A DNA stretch of 64,000 nt from Candidatus Spechtbacteria bacterium (GCA_016188605.1 JACPHP010000003.1:16400-80399), one strand, 5' to 3'. Counted from the stretch's first letter, positions 40,409-49,049 are shown. Program-made: numbers and translations. The notes: generated by a model from the sequence alone, not told the origin.

Positions 40409-41152
40409 ATGGGCATTCGTAAATCAAAAGTACATATAGAATGGTCGGCTGATTTCGCATACGCAATCGGGCTTATTACAACAGATGGCAATCTATCAAA
40501 AGATGGACGCCATATTAGTTTCACCTCTAAAGACAAAGAACTCATCATTACATTTAAAAAATGCTTGCAAATAGAAAATAAAATAGGGAGAAAAGGCAGA
40601 GGGTCTCAATTGGAAAAAAAATACTACGATGTCCAGTTTGGAGATATAAACTTTTACGAATTTCTGCAGTCTATAGGTCTATCTCCGCACAAATCTAAGA
40701 CCCTTTCTTCTTTAAAGATACCGGCAGCATTTTTCTTTGATTTCCTACGTGGTTGCTTTGATGGGGACGGTAGCGTTTATTCATATTGGGACAAAAGATG
40801 GCGAAGCAGCTTTATGTTTTATTTCAGCTTTTGTTCTGCGAGTATTGAATACACGAATTGGCTTCGTACAACTATTAAAAAACATGCAAATGTAAATGGT
40901 CACATAAATAAAGGTGCGAGAATTTTCCAACTAAAATATGCCAAAAAGGAAGCGGAAATTCTTTTTAATAAAATGTTTTACAGATCAAATCTTCCTTGTC
41001 TTAGAAGAAAAATAGAGAAAATAGAGAAAATTTTAATCATCAATAGACATGCGGACGTGGTGGAATCGGTAGACACGCAGGCTCGAGGGGCCTGTGGGAG
41101 CAATCCCGTGGAGGTTCAAGTCCTCTCGTCCGCACCAAACTTTGAATTGTGA
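40409..41152 (+). CDS. Free-standing LAGLIDADG-family homing endonuclease; 3' end overlaps tRNA-Leu
   Basis: AYAIGLITTDG and FLRGCFDGDG motifs; no intein splicing termini. Confidence 0.85.
   Translation: MGIRKSKVHIEWSADFAYAIGLITTDGNLSKDGRHISFTSKDKELIITFKKCLQIENKIGRKGRGSQLEKKYYDVQFGDINFYEFLQSIGLSPHKSKTLSSLKIPAAFFFDFLRGCFDGDGSVYSYWDKRWRSSFMFYFSFCSASIEYTNWLRTTIKKHANVNGHINKGARIFQLKYAKKEAEILFNKMFYRSNLPCLRRKIEKIEKILIINRHADVVESVDTQARGACGSNPVEVQVLSSAPNFEL
41051..41137 (+). tRNA. tRNA-Leu(GAG)
   Basis: GCGGACG/CGTCCGC-A-CCA, long variable arm, caggc-TC-GAG-GG-gcctg. Confidence 0.9.
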
Positions 41153-41231
41153 ATAATGAATACAGAATCATGAATGGCTAATTTTCCGTATTCATTATTC
41201 TTGATTCATTATTCTGTATTCTACGGTTAAC

Positions 41232-41305
41232 GCGCGATTAGCTCAGTTGGCTAGAGCGTCACATTGACATTGTGAAGGTCGCAGGTTCGAGCCCTGCATC
41301 GCGCA
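41232..41305 (+). tRNA. tRNA-Val(GAC)
   Basis: tcaca-TT-GAC-AT-tgtga; canonical arms. Confidence 0.95.
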
Positions 41306-41347
41306 CACTTGTGCATTGTTGCACAAGTACATTTATAATAAGTTTAT

Positions 41348-41419
41348 GCCGGGCTAGCTCAGCGGTGGAGCGCTGCCCTGAAGAGGCAGGCGTGCCCAGT
41401 TCGACTCTGGGGCCCGGCA
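41348..41419 (+). tRNA. tRNA-Phe(GAA)
   Basis: ctgcc-CT-GAA-GA-ggcag; GCCGGGC/GCCCGGC acceptor. Confidence 0.93.
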
Positions 41420-41584
41420 CATCAATTTTTGTAAAGCAAAAATTGAAATTTATAGGTAAATGTTTTAGACTTTGGTTATTGATATCTAGCATTTGTTTGG
41501 AAATTAAAAAATGAATTGGCAAAGTCCCGTTTTAGCTAAAACTGTGCGGGCCTTGCCACGCCGTAGCTCGCGAAGCGAGCGTAG

Positions 41585-41656
41585 GCGGGTGTCGTATAGT
41601 GGCTATTATATCTCCTTGCCATGGAGAAGACGGCAGTTCGATTCTGCTCACCCGCT
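41585..41656 (+). tRNA. tRNA-Gly(GCC)
   Basis: tctcc-TT-GCC-AT-ggaga; GCGGGTG/CACCCGC-T. Confidence 0.93.
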
Positions 41657-41721
41657 CTGCTTGACTAAAACAACCAAAACTATATTACTACTTTAGTATC
41701 GGAATAAAGGAGGAGTATCTC

Positions 41722-41985
41722 ATGTCACCTCGCGGTTATCTTCCCTCAATCATTGTTGATGGAACCGATTACGTATTTGTCAGTAACGAACGTAAGGATG
41801 GCCAACGAATCCTAAAGTACCTCGAAAACTCAATGGATTTGCACTTCATCATTAGAAGCGAAGCGCGCAACAGAAACGACGAAGTAGTGCCGGGTTACGT
41901 AGGCGTGTACATTTCCGAGGCCGACAAGTCTTCTGATGCCTACTTCAACTGGTGGAAAGCAACAATTCAAAGCCTTGCTGTATAG
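41722..41985 (+). CDS. Hypothetical protein (87 aa)
   Basis: Strong SD AGGAGG, upstream TTGACT promoter, downstream terminator. Confidence 0.65.
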   Translation: MSPRGYLPSIIVDGTDYVFVSNERKDGQRILKYLENSMDLHFIIRSEARNRNDEVVPGYVGVYISEADKSSDAYFNWWKATIQSLAV

Positions 41986-42240
41986 AGGTGCTACCCTCAA
42001 AGGAGTGCCCTCGCACTAAAACGTGTGGGGGCTTTTTTTTATGCAAAGCTCGGTACAACAAACATCTCCTCACTTATCCAAAAGGTTTTAACGTCGCTCG
42101 TTAACCCACTCCAATTAGAACAGCTCCACAGTTGAGGGGCTGTTCTAATACACACACGATTCATATTTACAGAACATGGTTTCTATGCAAGTATATTCCA
42201 GCCATCACGTATACGGATAGCGAAAGGAGATACTAGCTAG

Positions 42241-42681
42241 ATGAGGACTAGAGCTAAAAAATCATCTAAAGCTTCGGCTAGCGAACTTGTCATCACGCCT
42301 TGCGACTATGATGACGAAACAGTCCATAGGTTCCTCAAAGGAGGCAAAGCCATGCTTATTGGCGGCCTACTTGCTCTAAATGAAGGAGCTAATATTGTTA
42401 GGGTTGTGCGCGCAATTAAGGCGCGGGTCGCGCAAAGTGAAGAAGATCATCTTTCCGGAGTCCACGGCTGGGTATTCATTAAAGGAGATCCATCTATAGA
42501 TGGTATGCATTATATAGAAAGTGGCCAAGGAGCCACTGGAGGCAATGTCTTTGATATCGCCATGACCTCGGTTCCATGCTTTGCGGCTATATTAAATGAC
42601 GAGATTGCGGAAAAGGGCGCTAACTGGCAGAATCTCTGTCAGGCCATAGATTTTGCCCTTGAATTTACAGAGAAATATTAA
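42241..42681 (+). CDS. Hypothetical protein (146 aa)
   Basis: SD AAGGAG, downstream terminator at ~42696-42722. Confidence 0.65.
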   Translation: MRTRAKKSSKASASELVITPCDYDDETVHRFLKGGKAMLIGGLLALNEGANIVRVVRAIKARVAQSEEDHLSGVHGWVFIKGDPSIDGMHYIESGQGATGGNVFDIAMTSVPCFAAILNDEIAEKGANWQNLCQAIDFALEFTEKY

Positions 42682-42774
42682 AGACGTTTTAGGTCAAAAA
42701 GCCCGCAAATGTGGGCTTTTTTCATATTTTTTGGACCAAAATGACACCACTTGTTCTGCCCCTTGTCTATTGAC

Positions 42775-42871
42775 CCCGTTAGAGATAAATGTGGAAAATT
42801 GGTTGGGGATAGAAGTAATAATCAGCCAACTTCAACACTTATACTATTTGGGGCATAAATCCCTAACGGGG
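42775..42871. mobile_element. ~100-bp MITE-like element, CCCCGTTAG TIRs, flanked by TTGA
   Basis: ttga|ccccgttagagataaatgt ... ataaatccctaacgggg|ttgac. Confidence 0.7.
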
Positions 42872-42900
42872 TTGACTAAAATGCCGAAATATGATAACAT

Positions 42901-43167
42901 GATGAATTCTCCACAAATAGTGGAGATTTATTGTTTCTGGCAGTGGACCTTGGGTGTAAGCCCAAAGGCGAGCGCCAGTCCAAAGCCCTATGGATTGCAT
43001 AGAGCGGAGGAAGCCATAGAAATTCAGCATCGCGGCAAGACATAATCTTCTTTAGAGAGGATATGCCGGTAATAGAGCTAGGTGCGAGAAGCTTCCATAT
43101 CCCCCCAGATGGTCAAGGAAGCGTCTCAGTAAACCTCAATGGGATGGGGCAAAACATGGATTTCATC
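42901..43167 (+). ncRNA. Candidate structured RNA or leader upstream of the 3D-domain gene
   Basis: TTGACT-17-TAACAT promoter upstream; ends pair (gatgaa/ttcatc); several internal stems; no family recognised. Confidence 0.4.
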
Positions 43168-43173
43168 TTAAGT

Positions 43174-43812
43174 ATGATAAATCTCTTATCAATAGGACGA
43201 AAAAGCATTTTCAGTATTGTTGCTTCAAGTCCCTACGGAGCTCTAGCAGTACTTATCTTAGTTATATTCGCATTTCCTCAGTATTCTCTTGGCAAGACGC
43301 TTACGTCTTCAGATGAAGTTCTTAACGGAACATGGAGCGTAAGTCCGTATGCAGTGGCTTCGACCCTTTCGACTGGTTCGACTCCTTCAATAAATTCCCC
43401 TCAATCTAATTCGGGTCAGGCACCACAACCCTCGCTTTCTCAATACGTAGTCATCAACTCTACAAGCATCAAATCATCCTCGCACCCAACAAGCGCGTCT
43501 ACAAGAAAACCGACTGCAAAACGTATGTGGTTAGTTGCTACAGCATATTCTTCAACACCAGACCAAACCGATTCCACTCCTTTTATTACAGCAAATGGGA
43601 CATACGTTCATAATGGTATTATTGCCGCGAACTTCTTACGCTTTGGCACAAGGGTTCGCATTCCTACAATCTACGGTGACAGAATCTTCACCGTTGAAGA
43701 CAGGATGAACGCGCGTTATTCATACCGCATTGATATTTGGATGCAAACACGAGAAGAGGCTATACAATTTGGTTCGCGAATCATACCAATTGAAATAGTA
43801 AGCGAATCCTAA
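43174..43812 (+). CDS. 3D-domain (MltA-like) cell-wall protein
   Basis: TAYSSTPDQTDSTPFITANG...FTVEDRM...IDIWM; N-terminal TM and Ser-rich linker. Confidence 0.88.
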   Translation: MINLLSIGRKSIFSIVASSPYGALAVLILVIFAFPQYSLGKTLTSSDEVLNGTWSVSPYAVASTLSTGSTPSINSPQSNSGQAPQPSLSQYVVINSTSIKSSSHPTSASTRKPTAKRMWLVATAYSSTPDQTDSTPFITANGTYVHNGIIAANFLRFGTRVRIPTIYGDRIFTVEDRMNARYSYRIDIWMQTREEAIQFGSRIIPIEIVSES

Positions 43813-43955
43813 AACTAAATCCCGTTCCGCCTAGGCGGAACGGGATTTAGTTTTTCAATCCATTTGTTGTTCATGGCGCCGAAAAACAGCCGTAAAGAGT
43901 TATGCACAGCACACAAAACGAAACTCCCAATCCATGGATTGGGAGTTTCGTTTTG

Positions 43956-44070
43956 TGTGCCGGGAGAGGGAGTTGCCCTAAAGGGTCCGGGGCTGACGGT
44001 CGCCTAAAACGACATCGTCAGCCCTTCAACTCCCTATGCACGCAAAGCAGTTTGCGTGCGCTCCCGTCAC
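43956..44070 (-). repeat. tRNA-3'-linked structured element (AACTGCTT hairpin) at tRNA-Leu(TAA)
   Basis: 19-nt copy of the tRNA 3' end at 43957-43975; same hairpin as the 22859 element. Confidence 0.8.
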
Positions 44071-44077
44071 TAAAAAT

Positions 44078-44164
44078 TGGTGCCGGGAGAGGGAGTTGAA
44101 CCCTCAAGGGCTTGCGCCCAGTGGATTTTAAGTCCACAGCGTATGCCAATTCCGCCATCCCGGC
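44078..44164 (-). tRNA. tRNA-Leu(TAA)
   Basis: gtgga-CT-TAA-AA-tccac; long variable arm; CCA. Confidence 0.95.
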
Positions 44165-44188
44165 TTTTTGCTTAAATTTTTTCCATTG

Positions 44189-44260
44189 AGGCGCCGGCGG
44201 GAATTGCACCCGCGAATGACGGTTTTGCAGACCGTAGTGTTGCTACTTCACCACAGCGCC
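44189..44260 (-). tRNA. tRNA-Cys(GCA)
   Basis: acggt-CT-GCA-AA-accgt; GGCGC acceptor with U discriminator. Confidence 0.93.
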
Positions 44261-44312
44261 TTAATTCACTTGTACCGAAAGCCAGGCTTCCACAAAACGC
44301 TTCCGCGAAACG

Positions 44313-45314
44313 TTAATCATTAATCAGTAAAGCTCTCGCCGCCTCTTTCAATTTCTCTTCCACCCGCTCAACGTTCCCTTCTACTTCAAACCCTGAAGCA
44401 TATTTATGCCCACCACCTCCTAGCAATTTCGCAATTGCCGACACATCAACTCCCTTAAACGGCTCGCTGCGCAAGCTTCCCTTTACCCGCCCCTCCTTAT
44501 ACTCTAGCAAGAATGCGGCAAAGCGCGATTCCTCAACCGTGTTTAGCGTTTCAACAACTCCCGACAGCTCATCTTGAGATATATCATAACCAGAAAATTG
44601 CGAAAAGGATACTGAAGCATACACCATTTTCAGCGTCTCATCAAGCTTAGTACGGCTAAAAATATCTCCCCAAGCCCTCAGTACATGGGGAGGTTTAGCA
44701 AATACATGCTGTTGAATTTGCGAAATGCTTGCGCCTTTTTCCATCAAATCCGCTGTTACGGAAAGCGCGCGCGCCGTGGTGTTGGCATGTACAAACCCGC
44801 CAGTGTCAGTAAAAATACCAGTCAACAAGCACTGCGCGCAATCACTTGAGATAGTAAGCTCCAATTCCCGCGCAAACAAATACAACAGCTCCGCTGTTGA
44901 CGAGCAGTCTGAATCAATAACCATCACATAGCCGCTCTGCCTATCAACTGGGTGATGATCAAAAGTAACCATCTTAACTTCTTTGCTTAAATATTGACTA
45001 GGAATGCCAAGCCGATCAACATTTCCATAATCAAGACCAATGATAAGATCGGCATCGGCAGGAAATGTAGAAACTATCTTTTTTGCGCCAGCCAAAAAAT
45101 ACATGCTCCCGGGAACGGGATCGCAAGAAAATCGTATCACGGTTATCCGCGGCAAATTTTTTTCAATCAAATCCGCAAGCCCGAGCATTGAACCAATAGC
45201 ATCGCCGTCCGGATTTTTATGAACAGCAATAGCCACGACTTTGCTTTTGGATATTTCTTCGTAGGCGGCTTTAAACAAAGAGGTGAATGATTCTTCGTAC
45301 ATAGCTAGAGACAA
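44313..45314 (-). CDS. nrnA: DHH-family phosphoesterase (NrnA-like oligoribonuclease/PAP phosphatase)
   Basis: HKNPDGDAIGS, DHH, TDTGGF and GGGGH motifs. Confidence 0.9.
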   Translation of the reverse strand: MSLAMYEESFTSLFKAAYEEISKSKVVAIAVHKNPDGDAIGSMLGLADLIEKNLPRITVIRFSCDPVPGSMYFLAGAKKIVSTFPADADLIIGLDYGNVDRLGIPSQYLSKEVKMVTFDHHPVDRQSGYVMVIDSDCSSTAELLYLFARELELTISSDCAQCLLTGIFTDTGGFVHANTTARALSVTADLMEKGASISQIQQHVFAKPPHVLRAWGDIFSRTKLDETLKMVYASVSFSQFSGYDISQDELSGVVETLNTVEESRFAAFLLEYKEGRVKGSLRSEPFKGVDVSAIAKLLGGGGHKYASGFEVEGNVERVEEKLKEAARALLIND

Positions 45315-45335
45315 TTCAATACTAATTTAGAATTT

Positions 45336-45671
45336 TTACTCCGTATCCAACAATCGCAACGCCTTCTCTGTCTCCGCCGCTTCTTTCTCCACTTCATCAA
45401 CACGGAAAATCAATCGAGGAACATGCTTCATGAATAAACGCTTGTTGAGTTCGCTTTGAATCTGCGGAACAACACGCTCTAAATCTGCAAGTATTTGCTT
45501 TGCTCTATCAAAAGGATAGATGCTCAAAAAAACTTTGGTGGTGCTTAAATCTTGCGCCACGCTCACGCGCGTGACCGTTACAATACTATCCTTTGGCGAG
45601 AAGGTTTCGTGAAGTATAGAGCTTGCTTCGCGCTGAATAAGTTCTTGTACCCTTTCAATTCGTCGAGGCAT
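45336..45671 (-). CDS. rbfA: Ribosome-binding factor A
   Basis: RIERVQELIQRE, VTVTRV, VPRLIF; directly after infB. Confidence 0.93.
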   Translation of the reverse strand: MPRRIERVQELIQREASSILHETFSPKDSIVTVTRVSVAQDLSTTKVFLSIYPFDRAKQILADLERVVPQIQSELNKRLFMKHVPRLIFRVDEVEKEAAETEKALRLLDTE

Positions 45672-45847
45672 AGGTATAAATTAAAAATTGTCAGCCAGAG
45701 GCTGATCCGCCTTTGGCGGAAAAATTACTATGAAAAAAAATTACGGCGTGCCGCAAAGCGGCACTATATACATTGCGTTTTGCCCCGCAGCTGCGGGGCA
45801 AAACGCAATCCCACACTTTTTCATTTTTCATTTTCTATTTTTCATTT

Positions 45848-47401
45848 TTATACTGTCATCTTCTTCTTTTCCACGCTGAAAAATTCCAACACATCACCTA
45901 CTTCTATTCTAACCCCTCCTTCGTACAGCACACCGCACTCATCTCCTTTATTTACTTTTTCCATGTCTTTGTCTTGAATCTTGATGCGAATGATTTTTCC
46001 TTCGCCAATTTTTTCTTCATTTCGCATGACGCTTACATGTGCGCCGCGCTTGGCTTCGCCTTCTATCACGCGGCCGCCGACAATCATGCGATTCTTTTCT
46101 GTGCGGAAAAGCGCTATAACGCGCAGTTTTCCAGTCTCTACCTCTACTATTTCGTTTATCAGCATTTCTTCCATTACTTCACGTATGCCCTGCACGAGGT
46201 TGTATATAATATCATATGATAAAATTGTCACTCCCATCTGATGCGCGAAGTTTTGCGCGGCCGGCATAACGCCTACGCGAAAACTAATAATCACCGCCTT
46301 GCCGCTTGAGGCAAGTTTAACGTCTGATTCGTTTACATCGCCAACGTTTTCAAAAAGCACTCGGAGAATAACATGCTCTGACGGCAAGGCGCGCACAAGC
46401 TCATGAACTGCTTCCAAACTGCCATGCACATCTGCCTTTAGGATAAGATTTAGAACTTTCCGATCTCCAGAAAAATCTAGCACATCACCTTCCTGATCTT
46501 TCTTAGACTTTTCTGCTGTGTATGCTTGCGCTTCTTCAAGGGTAGAAAATACTTCAAATTTATCGCCAACTTCAGGCGCGTCTTGAAGACCAAGCACGAG
46601 TACGGGCATTGATGTTGAAGCAACATCAACTGCGCGCCCCAAAAAATCTTCCATTGATTTAATTTTACCAGACACGGAGTTTGTTGCCACAATATCCTGT
46701 CTGCGCAGCTCGCCTTCGCGCACAAGCAACGTCGCAGCAAAACCACGGCGAGAATCCATAAACGATTCAATCACCGCGCCTTTAGCCGGTCCCTCAATAC
46801 GTGTTTCCGTGCCCTCAACTTCCCAAAGTAAAAGTATGGTGTCCAAAAGTTCCTCAATGCCAGCGCCTGTTTTAGCAGATACTTCTACCACAGGAACAGT
46901 GCCGCCAAATCCCTCAACCAAGACTTCTTCCTCTAAAAGCTGGGTTTTTACTTTCATTGCGTCTGCTGCTGGCTTATCCATCTTGTTCATAACTACAATG
47001 TACGGAATAGCCGCTTGTTTGATGTGCTGGATTGCTTCTTTAGTTTGTGGTTTTATGCCGTCCTCTGCCGCAACCACCAAAAGCGCGATATCTGCCACAT
47101 GTGCGCCTCGCGCGCGCATGGCATGAAACGCTTCATGCCCCGGGGTATCCAAAAAAGTAATAGGTTGCTGTTTTTGAAGCACCTGATACGCGCCTACGTG
47201 CTGAGTGATGCCACCTGTTTCTTTTTCCGCCACTCTGCTTTTACGAATATAATCAAGAATAGAAGTTTTGCCATGGTCAACGTGACCAAGAATAACAACA
47301 ACGGGCGGGCGCGTGCCCACCTTATATTGCTTCGATGCGCCAGCTTGTCCGCCAGAACTTTGGCGAAGGCGATCTTCAGTTGTTTTTGTTACTTTGTCCA
47401 T
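45848..47401 (-). CDS. infB: Translation initiation factor IF-2 (short form)
   Basis: RPPVVVILGHVDHGKT, GGITQH, DTPGHEAF and KADVHGSLEA. Confidence 0.97.
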   Translation of the reverse strand: MDKVTKTTEDRLRQSSGGQAGASKQYKVGTRPPVVVILGHVDHGKTSILDYIRKSRVAEKETGGITQHVGAYQVLQKQQPITFLDTPGHEAFHAMRARGAHVADIALLVVAAEDGIKPQTKEAIQHIKQAAIPYIVVMNKMDKPAADAMKVKTQLLEEEVLVEGFGGTVPVVEVSAKTGAGIEELLDTILLLWEVEGTETRIEGPAKGAVIESFMDSRRGFAATLLVREGELRRQDIVATNSVSGKIKSMEDFLGRAVDVASTSMPVLVLGLQDAPEVGDKFEVFSTLEEAQAYTAEKSKKDQEGDVLDFSGDRKVLNLILKADVHGSLEAVHELVRALPSEHVILRVLFENVGDVNESDVKLASSGKAVIISFRVGVMPAAQNFAHQMGVTILSYDIIYNLVQGIREVMEEMLINEIVEVETGKLRVIALFRTEKNRMIVGGRVIEGEAKRGAHVSVMRNEEKIGEGKIIRIKIQDKDMEKVNKGDECGVLYEGGVRIEVGDVLEFFSVEKKKMTV

Positions 47402-47868
47402 AGGGTAAATAAAATAGGATAGCAATCAATACGACGGGCGAAAAAATCGTTTACGCAATACCTCTAATTTAACCAGAAAATGACGAAAAATTCAAGGGGC
47501 TATTGATTTTATCAATACCTTACTACAAAGACATAAGATGTAACTACTCACGCCCTTTTTGCCTCCCGCCATTGCGATCCCCGCCAGAGGCGGGCAGGTG
47601 CCCAGGGCGGAGTGGCAATCCCGTTAAACTTAAACGAATACAAAATTGCTTCGCTACTGCTCGCAATGACGTTATGGGAAAGGATGAGCGATTGCATTAC
47701 CGCATTATTTACCTATATTTGCTTACGTGTTATCTTAAATTACAAACGGTGGGGTGCCTTGGGACCAAGGTCCATCAGCCCTGGGCTGAGAGTGAATTAC
47801 TTTATGTATTATGTGTATATATTAAAAATAGAATAAAATATCTTTTGCAAAAAGATTGAATAGCTTAC

Positions 47869-47955
47869 GGTGGGGTGCCTGAGTGGTTGAAGGGGACGGT
47901 CTCGAACACCGTTAGAGGAGAAATCCTCTCGTGGGTTCAAATCCCACCCCCACCG
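47869..47955 (+). tRNA. tRNA-Ser(CGA)
   Basis: acggt-CT-CGA-AC-accgt; long variable arm; G discriminator. Confidence 0.95.
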
Positions 47956-47977
47956 CAACGAACGAAGTGAGTGAGAA

Positions 47978-48088
47978 TGGGGAGCGACACAACTGCTTGT
48001 GTCGCGTGTGGGATTTGAAGGGTTTACGATGTCTCGCTAGACGAGACCGTAAACCCAGGGCACATTAATCCTCCCACCCCCACCGCAA
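47978..48088 (+). repeat. tRNA-3'-linked structured element (AACTGCTT hairpin) at tRNA-Ser
   Basis: gcgacacaactgcttgtgtcgc hairpin, antisense gtgggatttgaa, 17-nt direct copy at 48072-48088. Confidence 0.8.
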
Positions 48089-48114
48089 AGTTAGAAGAAG
48101 AAAGGAGTATTGTA

Positions 48115-48711
48115 ATGAACCTTACTATTATTTTCGCGGTAGCAGCTCTAGCTTGCTTAATATTTATCTACGGATTCTTTTATACCCCAAAACTTCGCGC
48201 GCAACGTAAAGCTAAAAAACAGCAAGCTAAAAAACTAGAGGAAGAAATCAGATCGCAAAAAGCCGCGGCGAAACTCCGCGCATGGCAAATGCTTGAGCCG
48301 ATGCTCACGCCCAAACAACTATTGCAAAAAGAAAAATATGGTTATATCCTAGAAAAAGGGTCGTGGGGTTATTATCTTATTCCCATGAAGCGCATAACAG
48401 TTCTTTTTCAATCGTATTCAACCACCGAAGCACTAAAACAAAGAATGAATGCCTATGAAACTGGCAGAATAACACAATATGCTGCGCGCGCAGAGCGTTG
48501 CTCTATTTGCTTAAATGATACGGGATGCGAAGCGCCTTGGTATGATGCCGTAGCCACTTTTCTTTATACTATTCGTGGCGGAGACGAAGTTGTTATTTTT
48601 GAAAAAGGAGTTGTGCTATCGCTTAGCTTTTTAACGGACAACTACTCTAATATTCTGAATCTTCTTAGCGAAGCGTTAGCAAGCGCAACAGAGCAAAGGA
48701 GCGACCAATGA
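48115..48711 (+). CDS. Hypothetical membrane-anchored protein, partner of the GG-terminated protein
   Basis: N-terminal TM, coiled coil, Cys-containing C-domain; SD; stop overlaps the next start (ATGA). Confidence 0.7.
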   Translation: MNLTIIFAVAALACLIFIYGFFYTPKLRAQRKAKKQQAKKLEEEIRSQKAAAKLRAWQMLEPMLTPKQLLQKEKYGYILEKGSWGYYLIPMKRITVLFQSYSTTEALKQRMNAYETGRITQYAARAERCSICLNDTGCEAPWYDAVATFLYTIRGGDEVVIFEKGVVLSLSFLTDNYSNILNLLSEALASATEQRSDQ

Positions 48712-48980
48712 ACATCCTCACCAAAACAAGTCCGAAGGGCGATGAACTTGTTGCGACGTGGAATCCTGCGAAGGTTGCCGAGGGCGATCCCGAAGCTCTC
48801 GCCGCAGTAGCCGAGGCAGAACGTATTTTTGAAGAGTTACGCACGGGCAAGAACCCACAAAAAATTGCCTACACCCCATTTGCAATCGATGATCCCGTTA
48901 CGCGAAATGGCCATCAAATCGACAAGTTTGAGCCGATGGCAGGCGAAATCTCCATGCGCCACCCGATTGCCGGCGGCTAA
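48708..48980 (+). CDS. Small protein ending in Gly-Gly
   Basis: 90 aa with C-terminal PIAGG-stop; SD AAGGAG; terminator follows. Confidence 0.75.
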   Translation: MNILTKTSPKGDELVATWNPAKVAEGDPEALAAVAEAERIFEELRTGKNPQKIAYTPFAIDDPVTRNGHQIDKFEPMAGEISMRHPIAGG

Positions 48981-49049
48981 AACCAACTCACCAAAAGGCC
49001 TTCTGCCAAGAGCAGAAGGCCTATTTTTATAGACCAAACAAGCAAAGGA

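Noticed and set aside
42901-43167. c-di-AMP (ydaO) riboswitch, RNase P RNA or tmRNA
   Set aside because: The expected conserved motifs and tRNA-like ends were not found in the right order; kept only as an unnamed candidate.
17098-47401. Short ValS and IF-2 as pseudogenes
   Set aside because: Catalytic motifs are intact and no frameshifted remainder is present; short forms are expected in reduced genomes.
47748-47800. TPP riboswitch-like GGGGTGCC...GGGCTGAGA
   Set aside because: The downstream TPP core (GAACCTGA...GCGNAGG) is absent, no thiamine gene follows, and the match is explained by the tRNA-Ser 5' duplication.
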